This document shows positions 40,942 through 52,005 of a stretch of DNA of 53,248 bases, in pieces (the first letter of the stretch is position 1; each line of letters starts with the position of its first letter). The DNA comes from Acaryochloridaceae cyanobacterium VAR_48_metabat_390. Lineage in GTDB: Bacteria > Cyanobacteriota > Cyanobacteriia > Thermosynechococcales > Thermosynechococcaceae. Position numbers and translations under genes: made by a program. The notes below the pieces were generated by a model. That model saw only the letters and a list, made by a program, of their open reading frames with translations. It had not been told where the DNA came from and ran no database searches. The stretch spans positions 1 through 53,248 of the forward strand of contig JANPLU010000134.1 in NCBI GenBank assembly GCA_031422435.1, read 5' to 3'.

Positions 40942-41895
40942 TTAAGATCTGCGATTGGTAATATAGTCGGCGATCGCAATTAAAGGCAGTGCCTTCTCTC
41001 CAAAAGGCGCAAGTGCCGCCTTCGCCGCCTCAACCAACTGCTGAGCCTGCCGTCTCGACTCATCTATGCCCCATAAACTCGGATAGGTCGCTTTCTGAGC
41101 CGTCAGATCTTTGCCAGCGGTTTTGCCAAGCTCTTCGTCGGTTGCCGTAATATCTAGCACGTCATCCACAATCTGGAATGCTAGACCAATATTACGGGCA
41201 TACTGCGTCAGCTTTGCCAGGGTATCCTCATCTGCACTGGCTAACTCCGCGCCCGAAACAACGGATGCTTCGAGTAGCGCCCCTGTTTTATGGGTATGGA
41301 TAAAGTTAAGGGTTTTGACAGTAATATCTGCTGCCCCTTCACAGTCGAGATCGACCACCTGACCGCCGACTAAACCCGTTGCCGCCACCGCATTGCCCAA
41401 CCGCGCCACCACCTTGAGCAGTCGTTCTGGCGCAACGCCTTTGGTATGAACCGCCAGGTACTCAAAGGCATAGGCTAACAGCCCATCGCCGGCAAGAATA
41501 GCAATGTCTTCGCCATAAACCTTATGATTTGTCAGCTTGCCGCGCCGATAGTCATCGTTGTCCATAGCAGGTAGGTCATCGTGAATCAGCGACATCGTGT
41601 GGATCATTTCTAGGGCGCAGGCCGTGGGCATTGCCATCTCCATCGAGCCGCCTGTTAGTTCACAGGTCGCAAGGCACAAAATGGGTCTGAGCCGCTTACC
41701 GCCTGCCAGCAGCGAGTAGCGCATTGCTTCATAAATTTTTTCAGGATAAATCACCTCAATTGAGGCATTTAGGGCAGACTCTACCTGTTCTCGACGCTGA
41801 TTTAAGTAGCCCTTTAGGTCAAAAGCATCTGCATCCGTTGAAGCTTCTGAGCGACTAGATAAAGGGGCAGCAGAAGTTTGGTCTGCGGACATCAT
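40942..41895 (-). CDS. crtE: Geranylgeranyl diphosphate synthase
   Basis: [28 protein letters not shown]. Confidence 0.95.
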   Translation of the reverse strand: MMSADQTSAAPLSSRSEASTDADAFDLKGYLNQRREQVESALNASIEVIYPEKIYEAMRYSLLAGGKRLRPILCLATCELTGGSMEMAMPTACALEMIHTMSLIHDDLPAMDNDDYRRGKLTNHKVYGEDIAILAGDGLLAYAFEYLAVHTKGVAPERLLKVVARLGNAVAATGLVGGQVVDLDCEGAADITVKTLNFIHTHKTGALLEASVVSGAELASADEDTLAKLTQYARNIGLAFQIVDDVLDITATDEELGKTAGKDLTAQKATYPSLWGIDESRRQAQQLVEAAKAALAPFGEKALPLIAIADYITNRRS

Positions 41896-41980
41896 GATGA
41901 AAATCCTTCCTGGTTAATCCTTGTTAAAGGGAATGACAGCCACGCAAGGCATGAAGCCAATAGCATGGTTTAGCCTACCC

Positions 41981-42889
41981 TTACCGCTGGGTTGGAGTTT
42001 CATCATTGTATGATGCTTTGCACCTCTGGCAGTAGCTCCACGTTGTGTTCTCAAGCAGCATTGCTACCGTCATGACTCCTACGCCCCCAGGGACAGGGGT
42101 AATGTAGCTAGAGCGGGGCTGAACGTTTGCAAAGTCTACGTCCCCGACTAATCGGGCTTTACCAGATTCGTTTTGGACTCGGTTAATGCCCACATCAATT
42201 ACGATCGCCCCAGGTTTGACCATGTCTGCGGTAATTAAATTGGGCTGGCCTACGGCGGCGACGATAATATCTGCGGCTAACACGGTGGCTTTAAGATCTG
42301 GGGTTTTAGAATGCGCCATTGTGACCGTTGCATTGGCATCCAGCAGCATGAGCGCAATGGGCTTACCCACTAAAATACTGCGGCCTATCACCACGGCGTG
42401 TTTGCCTTGCGGGTTGAGTTGATACTGCTCTAGCAGCCGCATAACGCCCGCTGGGGTACAGCTTTTTAGCCCTGGCTCTTTGCGAACCAGTCGCCCTAAG
42501 CTCATGGGGTGAAGGCCATCCGCGTCTTTTTCTGGCAAGATTTCGTACAGGAGCGCCTCGGCATCTAGGTGATTGGGCAGGGGCAACTGCACCAAAATGC
42601 CGTCTACGCGCTCATCCGCATTGAGCTGATGAATGACTTGAGTGAGTTCTGCTTGAGACACATCTGCCGGAAAGTGATGCCCAAAGGACGCAATGCCGAC
42701 TTTTTCGCAGGCACGCTCTTTGTTGCGGACATAGGCGGCGCTGGCAGGGTTATCGCCCACCATCAGCACTGCTAGACCCGGGGGACGGCCTACTTGGGGC
42801 AGCAACTGCCGAATTTTTTGAGCCAAGGCATCCTGCATCTGCTGCGCGAGCTGTTTACCATCAAGCAAGACGGGAGGCTGAAGGGGCAT
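41981..42889 (-). CDS. folD: Methylenetetrahydrofolate dehydrogenase/cyclohydrolase
   Basis: [27 protein letters not shown]. Confidence 0.96.
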   Translation of the reverse strand: MPLQPPVLLDGKQLAQQMQDALAQKIRQLLPQVGRPPGLAVLMVGDNPASAAYVRNKERACEKVGIASFGHHFPADVSQAELTQVIHQLNADERVDGILVQLPLPNHLDAEALLYEILPEKDADGLHPMSLGRLVRKEPGLKSCTPAGVMRLLEQYQLNPQGKHAVVIGRSILVGKPIALMLLDANATVTMAHSKTPDLKATVLAADIIVAAVGQPNLITADMVKPGAIVIDVGINRVQNESGKARLVGDVDFANVQPRSSYITPVPGGVGVMTVAMLLENTTWSYCQRCKASYNDETPTQR

Positions 42890-42991
42890 GAAGCGTTGAC
42901 CTTTGCATTAGAAGACAAACCACGTTTCAATCTTATCGTTAGGTCTATGGCCTAAGCTGATAGATATTGACGATCTTCAGGGGGAATCGCC

Positions 42992-43267
42992 TTGGATACA
43001 GAGTTTAAAACAGGCGATCGCGTCCGGTTAGCGGCTGCCCCACCCTATTTCAAAACGGCTGAGCCGATGCCGATGCTGCGTCCGCCTAATGTGGTGCAGC
43101 TTGAGGAAGAGGGCGTGATTTTAGGGCGCGAACCAGGGGATGCTTGGCGGGTTAGATTTAGTCGCGGGGCTTATCTGGTTGATCAAAAGTACCTATCGGC
43201 GATCGCCTCCCATACGCAACCGGCCCTAGAACCCGTTCCGTTCATTACCGAAACGCCAGAAGTGTAG
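42992..43267 (+). CDS. sipA: SipA (NblS-interacting protein, DUF3148)
   Basis: PPYFKTAEPMPMLRP...VRFSRGAYL. Confidence 0.85.
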   Translation: MDTEFKTGDRVRLAAAPPYFKTAEPMPMLRPPNVVQLEEEGVILGREPGDAWRVRFSRGAYLVDQKYLSAIASHTQPALEPVPFITETPEV

Positions 43268-43291
43268 GTAATTTTTGGAAAACAACCTACC

Positions 43292-43319
43292 GCTGGCTTC
43301 GACTCCGCTCAGCCAGCTA
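43292..43319. repeat. Third copy of the REP-like small dispersed repeat
   Basis: GCTGGCTTCGACTCCGCTCAGCCAGCTA between convergent genes. Confidence 0.75.
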
Positions 43320-43329
43320 GAGACTAGAG

Positions 43330-44640
43330 TTACCTTAAAGAAGCTAAAGCAAAGTCTGGGCCAACCAGGGAAATAAAAGGTTCCCTCAGATGTTTTATAG
43401 CCACGTTCTGAAGCTGTTCTGGGGTGATGGCCTGGATGTTTTGAACAAACTGCTGGTCGTAGTCAGCCCCAAGCTGTAAAAACGCATACAGTCCATAGAG
43501 ATGCGCGATTTGATGGTTTGTTTGTTTGCCTAGGGCATATTGACCCAGTAGCTTACTTTTAGTGGCATTCACTTCTTCTTGCGAGAGCATCTGGGCAGAA
43601 AGTCTTTCAAGCTCGGCTTTAAGAAGCGATAGGGCAAGCGCCGTATTTTCTGATGCCGTGCCTAAGTACACTCCAAAATGGGAGGGATTAAGCCGTGTGG
43701 GGTAAAAGCCCGACACTTCGTAGGCCAGCCCCTTTTTTTCGCGCAGTTCTGTAAATAGCCGACTGGATAGGCCGCTGCACAGATAGGTATACAGCAATTT
43801 GAGGGCGGCGTAGTCTGCCTCTTGTACCGCAGGCGCAGGGTAGCCCAGCATTACGATGGACTGCTGGGTGGGCTGGGTTTGCATGACCTGGATTGGCCTG
43901 TTGCCTTCTACGATATCGGGAAGCGTAGGCGGCACAAGCGAAGAAATTTTCCAGTCTCCAAACAGGCTTTCGGCAACAGCCTGAGCGTTTTCTACGGTAA
44001 TGTTACCCGCAATGCTCAAGACGGCGGTATGTGGACTAAAGTGCTGCCGATGAAATTCAATAAGGTCGTTTCGCTCAAATGATGCAATGGTTTCTAGGGT
44101 GCCGAGTCCGGGCTGACCGTAAGGGTGGTTAGGGTGGATGGCTTGGCGAAGCTGCTGGAGGGCGATCGCCATAGGCTGCTCTTGACGCGCCCGAATCGCC
44201 TGAACTGTCAGCTTGCACTCAAGCGCCAACTCAGCTTCAGGAAAGGTAGGATGCTGTATGAGTTGGGCGGCTAACGACAAAAGTTCGTCAAAATCGGCGC
44301 TGACCGTTTTGACGCTGACCACAAAGTAGTCAGGAGCGCTGCTGACTCCAAGGTTGGCTCCAATAGACTCAACTTGTGCGGCAATCTCTTGAGAGGTATG
44401 GGTGAGGGTGCCTTTGCTTAAAAGCGCCGCAGTTAGATGAGATAACCCTGCTTGAGCTGGCTGTTCGTAACGGCTGCCTGCATCTATAAAGATCCGCGCT
44501 GCGACAATGTCTGCCATTGGGTTCTCTGTGACCAGAACTACGAGTCCATTAGCTAAAACGAGGCGTTGGCTGTTGAGTTGCATAGGCTTAGATGACACGC
44601 GCTGTGTCTTAAACGTCTCTGTTGAGGAAATCGGGGTCAT
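43330..44640 (-). CDS. M16 family peptidase, probably non-catalytic subunit
   Basis: LANGL, SSRLFTELREKKGLAY; HxxEH replaced by HLTAA. Confidence 0.88.
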   Translation of the reverse strand: MTPISSTETFKTQRVSSKPMQLNSQRLVLANGLVVLVTENPMADIVAARIFIDAGSRYEQPAQAGLSHLTAALLSKGTLTHTSQEIAAQVESIGANLGVSSAPDYFVVSVKTVSADFDELLSLAAQLIQHPTFPEAELALECKLTVQAIRARQEQPMAIALQQLRQAIHPNHPYGQPGLGTLETIASFERNDLIEFHRQHFSPHTAVLSIAGNITVENAQAVAESLFGDWKISSLVPPTLPDIVEGNRPIQVMQTQPTQQSIVMLGYPAPAVQEADYAALKLLYTYLCSGLSSRLFTELREKKGLAYEVSGFYPTRLNPSHFGVYLGTASENTALALSLLKAELERLSAQMLSQEEVNATKSKLLGQYALGKQTNHQIAHLYGLYAFLQLGADYDQQFVQNIQAITPEQLQNVAIKHLREPFISLVGPDFALASLR

Positions 44641-44961
44641 TCATAATCCTAAAGTGATTGAGCAAAGTGCTATTGGTCGGCGGCGGACTCTTGTTGCGCA
44701 GCTATCGCCTCATCTAGCGTAAACGGATTTTTTGGCAGAAATACCGAAGCGTCCCGTCCGATTTCTTTTGGAGCAAGAATTAGTGCAGATTCCTAAGCGT
44801 GAAGCAACTTGGGCGGCGGACAATTCTGGTTCTTGGAAGCAGGGCTATACTGTTGTTCTGCTTAGCAGAGAAGAGGAGCTAGCGTACTCAGATCGACATT
44901 ACCCCCCACAGACTTCAACTTTAGATCCACGCTCAACTATGGCGCTTCAGGGAAATTACAA

Positions 44962-46182
44962 ATGCCCATCATTACAGGCTTATCTGGTAACGAGATTTAT
45001 TGTCTTGGTAAGCAAGGGTTTACCCCTGGCGATTTAGTCATTGGCAATAGCGTGGTTGCACTCGGCCTGCTGGGCAGCATTGGCTCAGGCTTAAAAACGC
45101 TGTTTGGGGGCGAAGTCTCCCAAGTCACCCGCGTCATTCTCGAAGGTCGCCAACGCGCCTACGCACGGATGCAAGCAGAGGCATCACGGCACGGTGGCAT
45201 TGGTATTACGGGCGTCTCCAACGAGCTAATTGTGCATGGCACCAATATCGAATTTCTGGCGATCGGCTCCTGTATTCATCAGGCGGGGGCTAAAACAGAG
45301 CAGATTGAGTTCTCTAGCTCAGCAGATGGGCAGGCACTCTACTGTCAAATTGATGCCGGATTTGTGCCCAAGCACTTTGTGTTTGGCAATGTGGCCTATT
45401 CTATCGGGCTGGGCGGCGGCATTGTGGGCAGCTTAAAAAGCTTAGCCAGGGGCGAAATCAAAGAATTCTCCCAGATTTTTAATGAGACGCGTCATCTCGC
45501 CCTCAAGCGCATTAAATCCGAAGCGCGAGCCTTTAGAGCCAATGCGGTGGTGGGCATCAAAACCTCCATTCTTCCCCTCGCCGGAATGCAGGAAATGCTG
45601 ATGATTGGCACCGCGTCTGACCATCCGGCACTGCCCAAAGGCTATTACGACAGCCCCATCACCAGCGACCTTACCAACGAAGAAATGTGGTGCCTAATCA
45701 ATCAAGGCTATATGCCTGTACAGTTAGTATTAGGCGTTTCAGTGTACTCCCTCGGACTCGTCGGCGGCATTACGTCATTTTTTAAGTCCTTCGTGCGGGG
45801 TGAAATTAGCGAACTCACCTCCCTCATCTACGAAGCGCGAGAGCAGGCTTTAGCCCACATCACTGAAGATGCACGGCGCTGTAATGCTGATGAGGTGGTG
45901 GGCATTAAGACCTATGTGTATAACTTAGGCGGCGGCATCATCGAATTTCTGGCGATCGGTACGGCGGTTAGAAAAATGCCCAATGTGGGCACTCAATCCG
46001 ATACGCTCATTCCGCAAGCCATCATTCGAGATCAAGATACGTTTATCAATACGGCTGAAACCACTGCCGCCTCGTCTCTCAATCAGCCTGTCAATAACGC
46101 AAACTTTGTCTCTATTTTTGTCGGATTTGGCGTCTTTTCGCTGTGGCTAATTTTTATGATGCTTCGGATGTTTCTGCGATGA
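44962..46182 (+). CDS. Triple YbjQ/UPF0145 (putative heavy-metal-binding) domain protein with C-terminal TM
   Basis: Three repeats of GE.......R..A...EA....V.G.......E.L.IG. Confidence 0.8.
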   Translation: MPIITGLSGNEIYCLGKQGFTPGDLVIGNSVVALGLLGSIGSGLKTLFGGEVSQVTRVILEGRQRAYARMQAEASRHGGIGITGVSNELIVHGTNIEFLAIGSCIHQAGAKTEQIEFSSSADGQALYCQIDAGFVPKHFVFGNVAYSIGLGGGIVGSLKSLARGEIKEFSQIFNETRHLALKRIKSEARAFRANAVVGIKTSILPLAGMQEMLMIGTASDHPALPKGYYDSPITSDLTNEEMWCLINQGYMPVQLVLGVSVYSLGLVGGITSFFKSFVRGEISELTSLIYEAREQALAHITEDARRCNADEVVGIKTYVYNLGGGIIEFLAIGTAVRKMPNVGTQSDTLIPQAIIRDQDTFINTAETTAASSLNQPVNNANFVSIFVGFGVFSLWLIFMMLRMFLR

Positions 46183-46307
46183 GCGTTTAGAGAGGGCAGC
46201 ACGGTTGCTGTCACAGTAGCGTAACCAATAAGAGAGGTTACCTTTATGGGAAAACGATGTTAAGTTATGTGTATAAGTTACGCATATGCAGAAAATAAGG
46301 GAACTTT

Positions 46308-47552
46308 ATGGGCGACATTCAGGCAACCTTTACATCTACAGAAAACGCCTTTCACGTCGAGGGGTATGAAAAAATTGACTTCAGCCTGCTATATGTGAAC
46401 GGGGCTTTTGCGGTTGGAAATGCGGAAATTGCAGAAAGCTACCGTTCGTTTGGTCGCTGCTTAATGGTGGTAGATAAGACGGTTTATGGTCTGTACGGTG
46501 AGCAGATTCAGACCTATTTCCAGCACTATGAGATTGACCTGACCATCTTCCAGATCAGAATTGAAGAGACCGACAAGACGCTGCGAACGTTTGAGAAAAT
46601 TGTCGATGCGTTTGCAGATTTTGGGCTAGTGCGTAAAGAGCCTGTTTTGGTCGTAGGCGGCGGTTTGACGACAGATGTAGCAGGGTTTGCCTGCGCGACC
46701 TATCGCCGCCGCACCAACTATATTCGAGTGCCTACCACCTTGATTGGGCTGATTGATGCCAGCATTGCCATTAAGGTCGCCGTCAACCACGGCAAGCTGA
46801 AGAATCGGCTGGGGGCCTATCATGCATCTCAAAAGGTCATTTTGGACTTCTCTTTCTTAAAAACGCTGCCTGCGGCTCAGGTGCGGAACGGCATGGCAGA
46901 ACTCATCAAAATTGCTGTGGTTGCCAACGACGAAATTTTTGGGCTGCTGGAGCAGTACGGCAAAGACCTTTTGCAGACTCGGTTTGGCTATCTGGACGGT
47001 ACACCCCAGCTCCAGGAGGTGGCTCATAAAATCACCCATGACGCAATCCGCACCATGTTGGAGCTAGAGGTGCCCAACCTCCACGAGCTTGACCTGGATC
47101 GGGTGATTGCCTACGGACACACCTGGAGTCCAACGCTAGAGCTAACACCAGAGATTCCTATGTTCCACGGTCATGGCGTCAACATTGATATGGCCTTCTC
47201 GGCAACGATCGCCCAGCAGCGGGGCTACATTTCAGAGACAGACCGCGATCGCATTTTGGGGCTAATGAGCCGAATTGGACTGGCGATTGACAGCCCATAT
47301 CTCACCCCTGAGCTGCTGTGGAAGGCGACAGAATCCATTAGCCGAACGCGGGACGGTCTGCTGCGAGCCGCAGTGCCTAACCCGATCGGAACCTGCTCGT
47401 TCATTAATGACTTGACCAGAGATGAACTGACAGAAATCTTAGCAATCCATCAAGAAATTTGTCGTGACTATCCTCGCAGCGGCGCAGGGGAAGACATGTA
47501 CATCCCCGCACAGACGGCTGGCGCGGTCGCCACGGCAGGGATGCAGTCATGA
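46308..47552 (+). CDS. mysA: Sedoheptulose-7-phosphate cyclase (demethyl-4-deoxygadusol synthase)
   Basis: [39 protein letters not shown]. Confidence 0.93.
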   Translation: MGDIQATFTSTENAFHVEGYEKIDFSLLYVNGAFAVGNAEIAESYRSFGRCLMVVDKTVYGLYGEQIQTYFQHYEIDLTIFQIRIEETDKTLRTFEKIVDAFADFGLVRKEPVLVVGGGLTTDVAGFACATYRRRTNYIRVPTTLIGLIDASIAIKVAVNHGKLKNRLGAYHASQKVILDFSFLKTLPAAQVRNGMAELIKIAVVANDEIFGLLEQYGKDLLQTRFGYLDGTPQLQEVAHKITHDAIRTMLELEVPNLHELDLDRVIAYGHTWSPTLELTPEIPMFHGHGVNIDMAFSATIAQQRGYISETDRDRILGLMSRIGLAIDSPYLTPELLWKATESISRTRDGLLRAAVPNPIGTCSFINDLTRDELTEILAIHQEICRDYPRSGAGEDMYIPAQTAGAVATAGMQS

Positions 47553-48364
47553 CGGTAGCGCCCAGACCCGTGACCCCAGTGGGCATTCTGGCTACCCAGC
47601 TAGAGTATCTCACCCAGAAAATCGGGGCTTTAGACAGCGTTGACGCTCACCTCAAGGCAGAACTCCAGAGCGCCTGTGCATTAGCGAGTGGGCTAGAACC
47701 CTACGTCAACCACTGCACAACGCCGGAGTCTGCGGCATTGGCGGTTTTGGTAAAGCGTACCCAAGCCGAAAACTGGGGTCAGCGGTTTACAGATGGCAAG
47801 ACAGCACAGCCCCTAGAGCAAGAAATGCTCTCTGGGCATGTCGAAGGCCAAATGCTGAAGTTTTTGGTGCATCTAACCCAGGCCAAGCGAGTGCTAGAAG
47901 TGGGTCTATTCACGGGCTACTCAGCCCTAGCGATGGCTGAGGCGCTTCCGTCTGACGGCACGCTGATTGCTTGCGAGGTTGATGCCTACGCGGCAGAGTT
48001 CGCTCAGCGCTGCTTTAGAGAGTCTTCTGACGGGTACAAAATTACGGTCAAGGTCGCACCCGCGCTGCTCACCCTCAAGCAGTTGGCAGCGGACGGCGAA
48101 CAGTTCGATTTAGTCTTTATTGATGCCGATAAAGGCGGATATATCGACTATCTAAATCTACTACTAGATTCAGATCTGCTGGCACCCCACGGGCTGATTT
48201 GTGTAGACAATACCCTCATGCAGGGTCAGCCCTATATGCAGGGCGAGGCAACGGCAAATGGTAAGGCGATCGCCGCATTCAACCAGGCCGTCATCGACAA
48301 CCCTCAGATTGAGCAGGTGCTGATTCCGCTTAGAGATGGCCTTACTCTCATCCGCCGAATATGA
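47549..48364 (+). CDS. mysB: O-methyltransferase of MAA synthesis
   Basis: [37 protein letters not shown]. Confidence 0.93.
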   Translation: MTVAPRPVTPVGILATQLEYLTQKIGALDSVDAHLKAELQSACALASGLEPYVNHCTTPESAALAVLVKRTQAENWGQRFTDGKTAQPLEQEMLSGHVEGQMLKFLVHLTQAKRVLEVGLFTGYSALAMAEALPSDGTLIACEVDAYAAEFAQRCFRESSDGYKITVKVAPALLTLKQLAADGEQFDLVFIDADKGGYIDYLNLLLDSDLLAPHGLICVDNTLMQGQPYMQGEATANGKAIAAFNQAVIDNPQIEQVLIPLRDGLTLIRRI

Positions 48365-49692
48365 CGCAATATCAATCGGCTCTCAAAACGGTGGCAACTC
48401 TTGGGGTGTTGCTGTTGGTGCTGCCTATAAACGCGGGTCTAACGGCGATCGCCCTGCTCCGGTCGGTTTTCGTGAAGTCGGTGAGAGCCACTGCGCCGCA
48501 CCCCAAAACTATCCTGGTCAGCGGGGGCAAAATGACCAAAGCGCTTCAGCTTGCCCGCTCCTTTCATCAGGCGGGGCATAGAGTCGTTTTGGTTGAGTCT
48601 CGCAAGTACGAGCTGACGGGGCATCGCTTCTCTTGGGCGGTTGACCGATTTTATACCGTGCCCAATCCCGAAGCACCGGATTACATCGACGCGCTCTTAA
48701 AAATTGTGCAGGCAGAAGGGGTAGAGGTTTACGTTCCGGTCTGTAGTCCAGTGGCAAGCTACTACGATGCCCTTGCAAAGCAGGCGCTTGCCCCCTACTG
48801 CGAAGTGCTACATGTCGATGCGGCAATGGCTCAGCAGCTAGACGATAAGGATGCGTTTGCTACGGCTGCGGCATCGCTGGGTCTTTCGGTGCCAGACTCT
48901 TATCGCATCACTCAGCCCCAGCAGGTGGTAGACTTCGATTTTTCCGCACGGGCGCACAAGTACATTCTCAAAAGCATTCCTTACGACTCTGTGCGGCGGC
49001 TAGACCTCACCCAACTCCCCCGTCCTGCGCTCTCAGAAACGGCAGCCTTTGTTAAAACCCTGCCGATCTCTGAGCAAAACCCCTGGATCATGCAGGCGTT
49101 TATTTCTGGGCAGGAGTACTGCACCCACAGCACGGTGCGAGACGGAGAACTGCGGCTGCACTGCTGCTGTAAATCGTCCGCCTTTCAGGTCAACTACGAA
49201 CACGTAGACCACCCCGAAATTGAGGCGTGGGTTAGACAGTTCGTGCGCGGCCTAAAGTTGACGGGTCAGGTTTCTTTCGACTTTATCGAGGCGAAGGACA
49301 GCGGCGACATTTACGCGATTGAGTGTAACCCGCGCACCCATTCAGCCATTACCCTGTTTTATAACCATCCCGATGTTGCACAGGCATATTTAGAGTGCAA
49401 GCCGCTGTCTGCCGCCGTTCAGCCTCTTCCGTCAGGTCGTCCCACCTACTGGATTTACCATGAGGTTTGGCGATTAGTGACCCATTTGCACAATCCTACC
49501 CAGACGTGGCGGCGGCTGCAAATCATTGCCAGGGGCAAGGATGCCATCTTTGACTGGGCTGACCCGCTCCCGTTTTTAATGGTGCATCACGTCCATATCC
49601 CCTGGCTGCTATTCAAAAATTTGCGGCAGCTTAAGGGCTGGATTCGGATTGATTTTAATATTGGTAAGCTTGTCGAGCTGGGGGGCGATTGA
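48361..49692 (+). CDS. mysC: ATP-grasp ligase (mycosporine-glycine synthase)
   Basis: SGGKMTKALQLAR, IECNPRTHS, IDFNIGKLVE. Confidence 0.93.
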   Translation: MTQYQSALKTVATLGVLLLVLPINAGLTAIALLRSVFVKSVRATAPHPKTILVSGGKMTKALQLARSFHQAGHRVVLVESRKYELTGHRFSWAVDRFYTVPNPEAPDYIDALLKIVQAEGVEVYVPVCSPVASYYDALAKQALAPYCEVLHVDAAMAQQLDDKDAFATAAASLGLSVPDSYRITQPQQVVDFDFSARAHKYILKSIPYDSVRRLDLTQLPRPALSETAAFVKTLPISEQNPWIMQAFISGQEYCTHSTVRDGELRLHCCCKSSAFQVNYEHVDHPEIEAWVRQFVRGLKLTGQVSFDFIEAKDSGDIYAIECNPRTHSAITLFYNHPDVAQAYLECKPLSAAVQPLPSGRPTYWIYHEVWRLVTHLHNPTQTWRRLQIIARGKDAIFDWADPLPFLMVHHVHIPWLLFKNLRQLKGWIRIDFNIGKLVELGGD

Positions 49693-50720
49693 TGGTACTG
49701 CGCGTTCTGCACCTAGTAGGGTCTGCGGCTGACGAGTTCTACTGCGATCTCTCCCGCCTCTATGCCCAAGACTGTCTGGTCTCTACCGCCAACACGGCAC
49801 TATACGACTTTCACATTGCCTACATCACGCCCGATCGCCACTGGCGATTCCCCACCGACCTCAGCCCTGGGGCGATCGCCGCAGCCGAACCCATGTCCTT
49901 TGCTAAGGCAGTTCAGGTGCTGACTGCCCTCAATATTGATGTCATGCTGCCCCAGATGTTTTGCATCCCTGGTATGACTGCCTACCGTGCCTTATTTGAT
50001 GTGTTGCGCATTCCCTACGTGGGCAATTTGCCTGATGTGATGGCACTGACGGCGCATAAGGCAAAAGCAAAGGCTGTTGTGGCAGCAGCAGGGGTTGCCG
50101 TGCCCCAAGGCGAAGTAATTCGCCCTGGAGATTTCCCCAAAATTGTCCCCCCAGCCGTCCTCAAGCCCATCAACACAGATAACTCCCTAGGGGTCGCTTT
50201 GGTCAGAACCACCGCCGACTACAGTGCCGCCCTGGAAACTGCCTTTACCTATGCCGATGAGGTGCTAGTCGAAACCTTTATCGAACTCGGCAGAGAAGTC
50301 AGATGCGGCGTTATTGTGCAGGACGCTCAGCTCATCTGTCTCCCGCTAGAAGAGTACCGGATGCACAAAGATAAGCAGCCAATTCGCAGCTACGCAGATA
50401 AGCTCAAGCGCGACGAGGCGGGCGATTTGAGCATGGTTGCCAAAGGCAATGCAAAATCATGGATTGTTGGTTCGAGCGATCCCGCTACAGAGCAGGTTTG
50501 GGAAGCCGCGAGGAAATGTCATATCGCCTTAGGCTGTCGGCACTACAGCCTCTTCGATTTCCGCATTGACCCCAGCGGAAAACCCTGGTTTTTAGAAGCA
50601 GGGCTATACTGCTCTTTTGCCCGAACAAGCGTAATTTCCACCATGGCAAACGCATCAGGAATTTTGCTAGACCAGCTTTTTGAGAGCATGTTGAATAATG
50701 CGCTTGTGCAGAAGTGCTAG
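49692..50720 (+). CDS. mysD: D-Ala-D-Ala-ligase-like MAA ligase
   Basis: LHLVGS, LSRLYA, PQMFC, SLFDFRID, LEAGLYCSFA; TGATG overlap with mysC. Confidence 0.9.
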   Translation: MVLRVLHLVGSAADEFYCDLSRLYAQDCLVSTANTALYDFHIAYITPDRHWRFPTDLSPGAIAAAEPMSFAKAVQVLTALNIDVMLPQMFCIPGMTAYRALFDVLRIPYVGNLPDVMALTAHKAKAKAVVAAAGVAVPQGEVIRPGDFPKIVPPAVLKPINTDNSLGVALVRTTADYSAALETAFTYADEVLVETFIELGREVRCGVIVQDAQLICLPLEEYRMHKDKQPIRSYADKLKRDEAGDLSMVAKGNAKSWIVGSSDPATEQVWEAARKCHIALGCRHYSLFDFRIDPSGKPWFLEAGLYCSFARTSVISTMANASGILLDQLFESMLNNALVQKC

Positions 50721-50752
50721 GGCGATCGCCCCAACCCTACAGCCTCCCATCA

Positions 50753-51688
50753 TCAGTTGCGGTGATTGGCACTGCTGTACTGAATGCGCGCACCTGCCCA
50801 CAGCAGCTTCTCCCGCAATGTTTGGTAATAGGAATAGTTATCGCGCAGCAAAATGAAGCGCGCCTTACAGTCCGCCATTTTGACATCAACCCGCTGCCCA
50901 GGCCAAATTGAAGTCGCCAACACCCCATCCATCCAAAGTTTTGTGCTGAGTTCACGATCCTCCAAAGGCCAGATACTCACCACCGAGCCAGAAGGCAGCA
51001 CCACCGGACGGCTCGATAGGCTCAAGGGGCAAATCGGTGTCACCACGATCGCCTCCATCCCAGGATGCACAATTGGCCCATTTGCCGCCAGCGTGTAGCA
51101 GGTTGAACCCGTGGGCGTTGCTACCAACAACCCATCACCTTGGTACTGGTCTACTACCTCCCCATCGATCGCCAGCTCTAAAATCGAAGTCATCATTCGA
51201 TCCGCCGAAGCAGGCTTAAGGCACATCTCATTGAGCGCTAAAAAGATCGGCTCATCCAGCGCCTCTGCCACCCCAGTTTTGAGACTTACAGAATCTACGA
51301 TAGAAGCCTGGAGCATCATTCGCTGCTGAATCGCATAGCGATCTTCCAGCAGCCGCTGCCAGACTTTCTCTGTGTTTTGAAAAGCTTCGTAGGGTTCCGT
51401 CAAAAAACCCAGATGTCCCCCCACATTAATAGCCAAAATCGGAATTCCAACGGGAGCTAAGTGTCGGGCTGCCGCCAACGCCGTCCCGTCGCCGCCCAAC
51501 ACCACCGCTAAATCAATCGGCTGGCTGGCAGAAGCCAAAAATACCGGAAACGGGTTATCTTTAGCGCCGCTCGGCCCCAGCAAAATCTGACAGTTTCTCG
51601 CCTCAAGCTGACGGGCGCAGGCTTCCGCACACCGTTGACTCTGAAGATCGCCTGCTTTGTAGACAATGATGACCTGTTTAAGATCCAC
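50753..51688 (-). CDS. nadK: NAD(+) kinase
   Basis: VLGGDGT, GHLGF, ALNE, ATPTGST. Confidence 0.95.
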   Translation of the reverse strand: MDLKQVIIVYKAGDLQSQRCAEACARQLEARNCQILLGPSGAKDNPFPVFLASASQPIDLAVVLGGDGTALAAARHLAPVGIPILAINVGGHLGFLTEPYEAFQNTEKVWQRLLEDRYAIQQRMMLQASIVDSVSLKTGVAEALDEPIFLALNEMCLKPASADRMMTSILELAIDGEVVDQYQGDGLLVATPTGSTCYTLAANGPIVHPGMEAIVVTPICPLSLSSRPVVLPSGSVVSIWPLEDRELSTKLWMDGVLATSIWPGQRVDVKMADCKARFILLRDNYSYYQTLREKLLWAGARIQYSSANHRN

Positions 51689-51862
51689 TAAAGTTTTTGC
51701 ACCACTGCGATATAAACCCTCTCCCTACATAAATTACACCGTTTTACTCAGTTGGGCACAGGGCATAACAGGATTGCACCCTGAAGCCTCACCGCTGCTG
51801 CCCCCGCTTCAAAAATAGCTTACGGGTGGCGGCTATTCTTTGCTACCATAATGAAGACTGAT

Positions 51863-51936
51863 GGGCTTGTAGCTCAGTGGACTAGAGCACGCGGCTTCGG
51901 ACCGCGGTGTCGGGGGTTCGAATCCCTCCTGGCCCG
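51863..51936 (+). tRNA. tRNA-Arg(UCG)
   Basis: Cloverleaf; anticodon arm CGCGG-CT TCG GA-CCGCG, anticodon at 51897-51899. Confidence 0.93.
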
Positions 51937-52005
51937 TTTCTTTATTAGGTGAGCTTTTGCAGCTCACCTCAACTTAGTACGTTAAAGTTTTTTGAGTCAT
52001 CTGCA

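Noticed and set aside
44732..45037. 101-aa ORF upstream of the YbjQ-repeat gene
   Set aside because: TTG start, out-of-frame overlap with the real gene, no motifs
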